From assembly GCA_016196885.1 (NCBI GenBank), contig JACPWU010000011.1:105467-137466 (forward strand): DNA of 32,000 bases. Reading direction: 5' to 3'. Each line of letters starts with the position of its first letter. The stretch's first letter is position 1. Made by a program: the position numbers and the translations under genes. Shown piece after piece: positions 21,996-29,555 of this stretch. The DNA is from Chlamydiota bacterium (GTDB lineage Bacteria; Auribacterota; JACPWU01). The notes under the pieces are model-generated. The model was not told the origin of the DNA, did no database searches, and saw only the letters and a list, made by a program, of their open reading frames with translations.

Positions 21996-23846
21996 ATGGA
22001 ACTATTTTTAATTTTTACAATTGTCGGTTCCCCTTTGATCGCATTCCTAATGATTGCGCTTTTGCCTCATCGCCTCAAAAGAATCGCACCTCTTCTTTCC
22101 ATCTCCTTCATTTTTTTATCCTTCTTATCTTCTCTCCTTTTCTTTTTGAAGCATCCCCAAATTCAGGAAACACCTTTTGAAGTCCAATGGACATGGCTCC
22201 AGGCCAATCGCAATCTTTCTTTTAATGTGGGTTTCCTCATGGATCGCCTGAATCTTCTCATGCTTTTCGTGGTGAGCCTCGTCAGCTTCTTTGTTCAAGT
22301 TTTTTCCGTGGCCTACATGGCCGATGAGGGGCGTGGTCAATCACGCTACTTCGCATTTCTTTCCCTTTTTTCTTTTGCGATGATTAATCTTGTCGCCTCT
22401 AACAATTTGCTTCAAACCTTTATTTTCTGGGAGTTGGTAGGATTGGCCTCTTACCTTTTGATTGGCTTTTGGTACCAAAAGCCCTCCGCAACGGAGGCCT
22501 CGAGAAAGGCCTTTGTGGTCACGCGTCTTGGAGATTTAGGTTTTTATTTGGCTGTCGCCCTTTTGACGCTTCATCTGGGAAATTTAAATTTCTCTGCCCT
22601 CAATTCACCAGAGGCGATTCAATCCTTATCGGGGGGCATGATCACTCTGGTCACCCTTCTCATTTTTACAGGCGTGATGGGGAAAAGCGCTCAGTTCCCT
22701 CTTCATATCTGGCTTCCAGACGCAATGGAAGGCCCCACGCCCGTCAGTGCTCTGATCCATTCGGCCACCATGGTCGCGGCGGGTGTTTTCCTCACGGCCC
22801 GAAATTATGCACTTTTCTCAGCCTCTTCCATTTCTATGGAAACAATTTTAATTTTTGGAACACTGACGGCCTTTGTCGGAGCAACTTTGGCCACGATTCA
22901 AAATGACATTAAAAAAATATTGGCCTATTCGACCATTAGCCAACTGGGCATGATGATGATGGCCTTAGGGGCAGGCTCCTTTGAGGCAGGCATGTTCCAT
23001 TTGACGACGCATGCCTTTTTTAAATCCCTTCTCTTCTTGGCCTCAGGCGCTTTAATTCACCATTTTCATACCAATGATATTTGGGAAATGGCGCAAAAGG
23101 GATCGCGATCTCAAGTGCTGACCCTCCTTGTGATCGCCGTTGGAGGTCTTTCACTTGCTGGTATTTTTCCTTTTGCAGGATTTTGGAGCAAGGATTTGAT
23201 TTTAGAGGCGCTAGAACACAAACCCGTTTTTCATGCAGCTGCACTCTTGGTCAGCTTCTTCACCTCTTATTATGTTTTTAGGCTCTTGTTCATCCTTTAT
23301 TTTCGTTCTGAAACCCCCCATGCCCATGAAGAACATCATGAAAGCAGCCTTTTGACTTTCTGCATGAATTTTCCCTTGATTAGTTTAGCCGTGGGCTCTC
23401 TCATTGTCGGCTTCATGGGCACAGACCTGATGCATCACAAGCTTCTGAAATTTATTTCTCCGGAGGCTGAAGGAAAATTATCCATCGAGCTTATGATGAC
23501 CGGAACTGGGATTGCTGTCTTGGGTCTTGCGGTCGCCTACTGGAATTATCTCAAGAGAAAAATTCAGCCCCCTATCACAGCGACAGGTTTCAGGCGGGTA
23601 TTGGAAAAAAAATATTTTATGGATGATCTTTTTGAAAAAGTCTTTGGCCGAATGGTTCTCGCCTTTTCAGCCTTCCTAAACTGGTTTGATAAACAAATGG
23701 TGAATGGCAAAATGGTCAATGGGACCGCTTGGAGCACACTGCGCCTTGGCGCTCTTTTAACCAAAGTACAATCAGGAGAGCTTCAAGATTATTTGATGAT
23801 TGTGTTTGTCATTGCATCAGCGGTCATTTATTTTTTAGTGAAATAA
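21996..23846 (+). CDS. nuoL: NADH-quinone oxidoreductase subunit L
   Basis: 616-aa antiporter-like subunit with the WELVGLASYLLIGFW block and a long C-terminal extension typical of NuoL. Confidence 0.9.
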   Translation: MELFLIFTIVGSPLIAFLMIALLPHRLKRIAPLLSISFIFLSFLSSLLFFLKHPQIQETPFEVQWTWLQANRNLSFNVGFLMDRLNLLMLFVVSLVSFFVQVFSVAYMADEGRGQSRYFAFLSLFSFAMINLVASNNLLQTFIFWELVGLASYLLIGFWYQKPSATEASRKAFVVTRLGDLGFYLAVALLTLHLGNLNFSALNSPEAIQSLSGGMITLVTLLIFTGVMGKSAQFPLHIWLPDAMEGPTPVSALIHSATMVAAGVFLTARNYALFSASSISMETILIFGTLTAFVGATLATIQNDIKKILAYSTISQLGMMMMALGAGSFEAGMFHLTTHAFFKSLLFLASGALIHHFHTNDIWEMAQKGSRSQVLTLLVIAVGGLSLAGIFPFAGFWSKDLILEALEHKPVFHAAALLVSFFTSYYVFRLLFILYFRSETPHAHEEHHESSLLTFCMNFPLISLAVGSLIVGFMGTDLMHHKLLKFISPEAEGKLSIELMMTGTGIAVLGLAVAYWNYLKRKIQPPITATGFRRVLEKKYFMDDLFEKVFGRMVLAFSAFLNWFDKQMVNGKMVNGTAWSTLRLGALLTKVQSGELQDYLMIVFVIASAVIYFLVK

Positions 23847-23913
23847 CTCCCCTAACCCCTCTTAAATAAGAGGGGGAACTCTCCCCTTATTTAAGGGGAG
23901 CTGGAGGGGTTAA
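23839..23913 (+). repeat. C4/G4-word repeat element, short copy (nuoL-nuoM spacer)
   Basis: TGAAATAACTCCCCTAAC overlaps the nuoL stop. Hairpins: CCCCTCTT-AAAT-AAGAGGGG (23856-23875) and CTCCCCTT-ATTT-AAGGGGAG (23881-23900). Ends CTGGAGGGGTTA. Confidence 0.85.
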
Positions 23914-23931
23914 AAAAGGATCTATATCATT

Positions 23932-25395
23932 ATGCACTTTGGCATTTTAACGAGCATCTTGCTTTGCCCTGTGATCGGAATGATTCTCATTCTCTTCACG
24001 CCGCGAAAATCTGAACAAGCGATTAAAATCATTTCTTTGATTGTTTCCGGAATCAGCGTCTTTCTTTCTTTCATTGCATACAATCGTTTTGATCCCAGCA
24101 ATGTGCTTCTTCAGATGGAAGAAAAAATATCTTGGCTCCCCCAATATGGAATCAACTATTGGAATGGTGTGGATGGTTTAAACATCGGCATGATTCTTCT
24201 CACCTCCATTGTGATTTTCACAGGGGTGATTGTTTCTTGGAAATTGAACTATCGCGTGAAAGAATTTTTTGCCCTTCTTCTTTTCCTGGTCACAGGCGTT
24301 TTTGGCGTTTTCATGACCCTGAATCTCTTCTTTTTCTTTCTCTTTTACGAAGTGGCGGTGCTCCCCATGTATCTTCTCATCGCGATCTGGGGAAGTACAA
24401 ACAAAGAATATGCCGCACTGAAATTAACGATTTATCTTTTATTGGGCAGCGCCTTCATGTTTGCCATTTTTCTTGCGATTTATTCTCTGGCCGGGGCCCA
24501 CACCTTTGATCTCATGACCATCAAAGATAAAGTCACATTTGATCCCGCGTTCCAGAAAATTGCCTACATTGGCCTTTTCTTGGGATGTGGCGTTTTGGCG
24601 GGCTGCTGGCCCTTCCATGTTTGGAGCCCAGACGGACATGTCGCAGCCCCTACGGCGGTCAGCATGCTCCACGCGGGGGTCCTCATGAAATTGGGTGCTT
24701 ATGGAATCATTCGCGTGGCACTCTTCCTCTTTCCCCAAGCCGCTCAGGCCTGGGCTCCCTTCACTGCAACCTTGGCCACTTTTAATATTCTTTATGGGGC
24801 CCTGGTAGCCACGCAACAAAGAGATTTAAAATATGTCATCGGCTATTCCAGCGTCTCTCACATGGGGATTGTCCTTTTGGGCATTTCGACCCTGACGGTC
24901 ACAGGTCTCAATGGGGCCCTTTTTCAAATGTTCTCTCACGGCATCATGACGGCCCTTTTCTTCGCGTGTGTGGGTCATATCTATGATGAATGCCACACCC
25001 GATTCTTTGATGAACTCGGCGGCTTGGCCCACAAAATTCCGATTCTCTCGACCTTTTTTATCATTGCGGGACTCACCGGATTAGGTCTTCCAGGCCTGAG
25101 CGGCTTCCCATCGGAGCTTTTGGTCCTAATCGCTGCGATTAAAACTTATCCCATTTCGGGTATTGCAACCGCCATCGGCGTCGTGGTCACCACTTTTTAT
25201 GTGGTCTCGGCCATCATGAAGGCCTTTTATGGACCTTTGAACAAAAATTTCGAACACATCAAAGACATTGATTTATGGCAATATTTCGGACGCGGGATTC
25301 TGGTTGCTTTTTTGATCATCTTGGGTGTTTGGCCCAAATTATTCCTGAATCTGGTGAACCCCATCACAACTTATTTATTGCTAAAGGGATTTTAA
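23932..25395 (+). CDS. nuoM: NADH-quinone oxidoreductase subunit M
   Basis: 487-aa antiporter-like polytopic protein in the canonical position between nuoL and nuoN. Confidence 0.9.
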   Translation: MHFGILTSILLCPVIGMILILFTPRKSEQAIKIISLIVSGISVFLSFIAYNRFDPSNVLLQMEEKISWLPQYGINYWNGVDGLNIGMILLTSIVIFTGVIVSWKLNYRVKEFFALLLFLVTGVFGVFMTLNLFFFFLFYEVAVLPMYLLIAIWGSTNKEYAALKLTIYLLLGSAFMFAIFLAIYSLAGAHTFDLMTIKDKVTFDPAFQKIAYIGLFLGCGVLAGCWPFHVWSPDGHVAAPTAVSMLHAGVLMKLGAYGIIRVALFLFPQAAQAWAPFTATLATFNILYGALVATQQRDLKYVIGYSSVSHMGIVLLGISTLTVTGLNGALFQMFSHGIMTALFFACVGHIYDECHTRFFDELGGLAHKIPILSTFFIIAGLTGLGLPGLSGFPSELLVLIAAIKTYPISGIATAIGVVVTTFYVVSAIMKAFYGPLNKNFEHIKDIDLWQYFGRGILVAFLIILGVWPKLFLNLVNPITTYLLLKGF

Positions 25396-25396
25396 A

Positions 25397-26812
25397 ATGA
25401 CTTCGTCTCTTTTTCTTCCAGAAATTTTCATGATGATCATCGCGACGGTCTTTTTTCTCTTCATTTTTTTGAAGGAAGAAACTGTCAAAAAATATCTCTA
25501 TCCTTGTTCTTTAATCCTCGGGGCCATAACGATGATCGCAAGCTTCTTTTCCCTCTCCCAAAAGGGATTGATCTTTTTCAATACCTATGAAATCAACGCC
25601 TTCTCACAAAGTTTTAAATTGATTCTGGCCGCTTCACTCTTCTTAATCGTAACCATTTCCGATCGAACCCCTTCTCTTAATGCAGAAGTGAAACCTGAAT
25701 TCTTTCTCTTTCTTTCAACCGCTACATTGGCAATGATGATGCTGACCAGTGCCGCTGAACTCATCACTCTTTTCATCGCGCTTGAGCTCGCCTCCACCTC
25801 TCAATATATTTTGGTTCCATTGAGACGGGGTAAACTCCTCAATGCAGAATCTGGCATCAAATATCTTCTCTTCGGAGCTGCAGCCAGCGCTCTAACCCTT
25901 TATGGTTTAAGCTTCATCTTCGGAACTGCCCAAACTACTTTCATACGGGACATCGCGACCCGTTTGCCTGATTTGCTTCATCAGCCCATTTTTGGCGTGG
26001 GCTTTTTTCTCACAAGTGTAGGATTTCTTTTTAAATTGGCGGCCTTTCCTTTTCATTTTTGGGCGCCGGACGTTTATGAAGGGGCCGCCACTCAAGTCAC
26101 GGCCTTTATCGCAACTACCTCGAAGGCCGCGGCCGTTGCCGTTTTAATCAAATTGATTTACCTTCTTTCTCCTTCCAGCGATACGTTTACTTCTGTGTTG
26201 GTTCTTCTTTCCCTTCTTTCGATGAGCCTCGGAAATCTCGCAGCCATGATTCAAAAAGACATGAAGCGCATGCTCGCCTACTCCAGCATTGCACAGGCGG
26301 GTTATCTTTTGGCGGGACTCCTTTCACAATCCCCTGAAGGATATGCAGCGGTCGTTTTTTACATCATCTCCTATTTGATCATGAACTTTTCAGCATTTAT
26401 GGTGCTCGCCCGCATTGCGGAGAGCGACGACAATCCTCAAATCAAAAACTTTACAGGACTGGCAGATCGTTCCCCTCTTCTGGCCCTCACACTCCTCATC
26501 AGCCTTCTTTCTCTGGCAGGCATTCCTCCTCTGGCAGGCTTTACAGGAAAATGGTTTCTCTTCAGTGCGGCCATGGCCAAAGGCCATTGGCTTGTGGTCC
26601 TCATTGGAGTCATTAACAGCGTGATTTCTCTTTACTACTATTTAATGGTGATCAAAGAAGCTTATCTGGGTAAAGTCGAGGGAAATGCAAATACACTCGT
26701 TGTCGACATTAAAACTCGTCTGATCAGCTATGCTGCAATAATTTCTCTTGTGATCATGGGTGTGTTTCCAACACCTTTAATCCACTGGATAGAAGGGATG
26801 GTGCGATTTTAG
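25397..26812 (+). CDS. nuoN: NADH-quinone oxidoreductase subunit N
   Basis: 471-aa antiporter-like polytopic protein. Its ATG is 1 nt after the nuoM stop, and it is the last gene of the cluster. Confidence 0.9.
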   Translation: MTSSLFLPEIFMMIIATVFFLFIFLKEETVKKYLYPCSLILGAITMIASFFSLSQKGLIFFNTYEINAFSQSFKLILAASLFLIVTISDRTPSLNAEVKPEFFLFLSTATLAMMMLTSAAELITLFIALELASTSQYILVPLRRGKLLNAESGIKYLLFGAAASALTLYGLSFIFGTAQTTFIRDIATRLPDLLHQPIFGVGFFLTSVGFLFKLAAFPFHFWAPDVYEGAATQVTAFIATTSKAAAVAVLIKLIYLLSPSSDTFTSVLVLLSLLSMSLGNLAAMIQKDMKRMLAYSSIAQAGYLLAGLLSQSPEGYAAVVFYIISYLIMNFSAFMVLARIAESDDNPQIKNFTGLADRSPLLALTLLISLLSLAGIPPLAGFTGKWFLFSAAMAKGHWLVVLIGVINSVISLYYYLMVIKEAYLGKVEGNANTLVVDIKTRLISYAAIISLVIMGVFPTPLIHWIEGMVRF

Positions 26813-26846
26813 ATTTTAGATTTTGGATTTTAGATTTTGGATTTAA
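26805..26846. repeat. Tandem heptamer array GATTTTR x6
   Basis: GATTTTA GATTTTA GATTTTG GATTTTA GATTTTG GATTTAA. It contains both the nuoN stop (26810-26812) and the uvrC stop (26830-32, minus strand). Confidence 0.85.
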
Positions 26847-28290
26847 GGAACGTATCTACTTGATGCGCTAATTTTTCGGAAATTCCTTTTACTTGCCTCA
26901 GTTCCTCAAGTGTTGCTTTTTTAATCTTCTCAACTGAACCAAAATGTTCCATGAGTAATTTCTTTTTGGCATCCCCCAAGCCTGGCACATCATCCAAGAG
27001 AGATTCTTTCAATTTAGCTGCCCTTAATTTTTTATGATAAGTGACAGCAAAACGATGGGCCTCATCTCGAACCCTTTGAATTAAATGCAATGCCCCCGAA
27101 TCGCTTCCTAATCGAATAGAGTCCTTACCATGAGGCGTCACAATTTCCTCATAGCGTTTGGCAAGCCCAATCACAGCAAGAGAATCTAATCCGAGAGCCT
27201 CTAAGGCTGAAAGAGCATAGGATAATTGTCCCTTCCCGCCATCAATCAAAATAAGATCGGGGAAAACCCCACCCTCTTCTTTCAAACGCTTATATCTTCG
27301 TGTCACCACCTCATGCATCATGGCAAAGTCATTGATGCCTTCTACGGTTTTAATCTTAAAACGACGATAAAATCTCTTATCGGGATGACCTTCAAAAAAA
27401 TGGACCATGGACCCCACGGCTTCACTCCCCGATAAACAGGAAATATCAAAAGCCTCGATTCGTTGAGGAGGTTTCTCTAAACCTAAAACTTGTCCTAGTT
27501 CCAGAGCCTCAGCCTGGGCATGGCTTGAAAGTCTCTTAAAATTTCGTACGGAACGATGGCGAGAACTGACAATATTTTCAAGAGCTCTTAAACGATCTCT
27601 TAAAAGAGCGGCCTTCTCAAAATCAAGATTGCCAGAGGCCTCTTTCATTTCTGCTGAAATTCGATTATAAGTCTCATTTGAATGTCCCATCAACACTTGG
27701 CACGCACTTTCCACTGACGCTCTATAATCTTGAGCAGAAATTTTTTCCACACAAGGGGCTGAACACCAATGCATCATTTGGTAAAGACAATGTTTGTAGT
27801 CTCTCTCGGTAGGATGACGAGGGGTACAAGTACGAATTCTAAAAATCTTTTGCAAGGCTTCTACTGTTTTTTTCAAAGCGGCAGCATCTGTATAAGGCCC
27901 TAAATACAAAGCCCCATCCTCTTTTTTCAAGCGAGTGATTAAGAAACGGGGGAAATCTTCATTCAAGGTGACTTTTAAAAAAGGATAGGTCTTATCATCT
28001 CGATAAGAAACATTGTATTTGGGTTTAAACTCCTTAATATACTGACATTCTAAAATTAACGCCTCTTCCTCTGATTTTAAAAGAATAAAATCAATATCTC
28101 TCACAGCCCCCAACATCGCTTTTGCCTTGGGAGAGAGATCACGCCCTTGAAAATGAGACAGGAGACGAGCCCTCAGTCGCTTGGCCTTACCTACATAGAT
28201 AATTTGACCCATTTCATCCCTCATGAGATAAATACCCGGCTTTTGAGGGGTTTCTCTGACCTTCTTTTGAATGAATTTGGATAGGTTCAT
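26830..28290 (-). CDS. uvrC: Excinuclease ABC subunit C, compact form
   Basis: GIY-YIG motif (GIYLMRDEMGQIIYVGKA), UVR motif (FEKAALLRDRLRAL), endonuclease domain (IEAFDIS...LILIDGGKGQ...RDEAHRFA) and HhH (VPGLGDAKKKLLMEHFGS). Only 486 aa. Confidence 0.9.
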   Translation of the reverse strand: MNLSKFIQKKVRETPQKPGIYLMRDEMGQIIYVGKAKRLRARLLSHFQGRDLSPKAKAMLGAVRDIDFILLKSEEEALILECQYIKEFKPKYNVSYRDDKTYPFLKVTLNEDFPRFLITRLKKEDGALYLGPYTDAAALKKTVEALQKIFRIRTCTPRHPTERDYKHCLYQMMHWCSAPCVEKISAQDYRASVESACQVLMGHSNETYNRISAEMKEASGNLDFEKAALLRDRLRALENIVSSRHRSVRNFKRLSSHAQAEALELGQVLGLEKPPQRIEAFDISCLSGSEAVGSMVHFFEGHPDKRFYRRFKIKTVEGINDFAMMHEVVTRRYKRLKEEGGVFPDLILIDGGKGQLSYALSALEALGLDSLAVIGLAKRYEEIVTPHGKDSIRLGSDSGALHLIQRVRDEAHRFAVTYHKKLRAAKLKESLLDDVPGLGDAKKKLLMEHFGSVEKIKKATLEELRQVKGISEKLAHQVDTFLKSKI

Positions 28291-28300
28291 AAGGAAATCA

Positions 28301-29446
28301 TTATATAATTTCCCCTCCCCACAACTGCTCTAAAAAATCCTTCCATGGCAAGATAAGAACTCCATTCACCAACCGAGGCGAAGTATCTAGAGAGACAACA
28401 ATATCTTTTTTGGTTTGATGCTCCTCTTTAAAAGCTTTGATTCCCTTCAGGTGACGCCTTTCGACTTGAGTTCCCTTCACCTCGATCAAAACTTCGGCCT
28501 CACCCAAGACAAAATCAACTTCGTAGCCAGACGTCGTCCTCCAGTAACTCAAATCATAGCCCTTTCCAGAATAATGCTGATAAGCCAAAAGTTCCTGAAA
28601 TATAAAATGCTCAAAGGCCTTACCAAACAATTCCGAACCCATTTGAATATTCGTTCTTTTAAGCAAAAAATTTACGAGTCCCACATCAAAAAAATAAAAC
28701 CGAGGCGCCTTAATGACTTTTCTTTTCTGCCTTTTTTGAAATGAAGGAATAAACCGACCTAGTAAAGTATCCTCTATAATCTCGAAATAGGATCTCACGG
28801 TTTTAGCGTCCACGCCACAATCCGATGCAATGTTATTAAAAACAACCATTTCACCATTGCTAAACGCCGCCTTTTCTAAAAATTGACTGAACACATGAAC
28901 ATTGCGGGTCAAAGCCTCCGCCAATATTTCCTCCTTCAGATATTCTCCCACATAGGCTTGAATCAGGGGAAATGGCTGATCTGAAAGATAATGCCTCGGA
29001 ATCAAACCATGGTTCAGAGCACGCAAAAGATTAAAATCAGAAATCTCTGGATAGACCAAAGGAAAAAGCTCATAACGGATCGCTCGACCTCCCAGGAGAT
29101 TCCCTCCTCCACGTTTCAATTTCCGGGCGCTAGACCCACACAAGATAAAACGGATATGTTCATTGACGATAAGTCGCTGAACCTCATCCAGCAAAATAGG
29201 AATTTTCTGTACCTCATCAATAATGACAGGATGAATTTTCGAAGAGGCATCAGCCAAAATCTCCTCCGCCATCAAGGAAGGGCTTGCATTCAAGGCTTGA
29301 AACATCCTGGAATCGAGGAGATCATAATACCTGGACTTAGGGAACTTGGCTCTCAGGAAGGTCGTTTTCCCCACCTGCCTGGGCCCCCATAAAAAACAGG
29401 ACTCTTTGAGAGAGGATGAAAGCTTTAAAATCCGATTAAATATCAT
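28301..29446 (-). CDS. AAA-family ATPase with DUF4143 / PD-(D/E)XK-like C-terminal domain (paralogue of 3943..5265)
   Basis: Walker A GPRQVGKTT, Walker B VIIDEVQ, C-terminal YEVDFVLGEAEVLIEVKG (D...ExK). Its stop lies 10 nt upstream of the uvrC ATG. Confidence 0.8.
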   Translation of the reverse strand: MIFNRILKLSSSLKESCFLWGPRQVGKTTFLRAKFPKSRYYDLLDSRMFQALNASPSLMAEEILADASSKIHPVIIDEVQKIPILLDEVQRLIVNEHIRFILCGSSARKLKRGGGNLLGGRAIRYELFPLVYPEISDFNLLRALNHGLIPRHYLSDQPFPLIQAYVGEYLKEEILAEALTRNVHVFSQFLEKAAFSNGEMVVFNNIASDCGVDAKTVRSYFEIIEDTLLGRFIPSFQKRQKRKVIKAPRFYFFDVGLVNFLLKRTNIQMGSELFGKAFEHFIFQELLAYQHYSGKGYDLSYWRTTSGYEVDFVLGEAEVLIEVKGTQVERRHLKGIKAFKEEHQTKKDIVVSLDTSPRLVNGVLILPWKDFLEQLWGGEII

Positions 29447-29461
29447 AATATGGACTTTAAC

Positions 29462-29495
29462 TCCTTTTTATCATGATAAAAAGGATATCATATCC
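29462..29495 (-). promoter_or_regulatory. Two overlapping perfect palindromes upstream of the second DUF4143 ATPase
   Basis: TCCTTTTTATCA/TGATAAAAAGGA (24 bp, 29462-29485) and GGATATCATATCC (13 nt, 29483-29495). They lie 16-49 nt upstream of the ATG at 29446. On the minus strand the first one contains AAGGAG. Confidence 0.45.
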
Positions 29496-29555
29496 CACTA
29501 CGGTCCCGCTAGGAAATAATTTATATTTTGAAACCTCTGAAAAAAATAGATATGT

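Noticed and set aside
1827-26846. Possible CRISPR arrays among the short tandem repeats
   Set aside because: The repeat period is 7-8 nt with no unique 25-40 nt spacers. The arrays have only 3-6 units and often come as inverted pairs. No cas genes are recognisable in the window.
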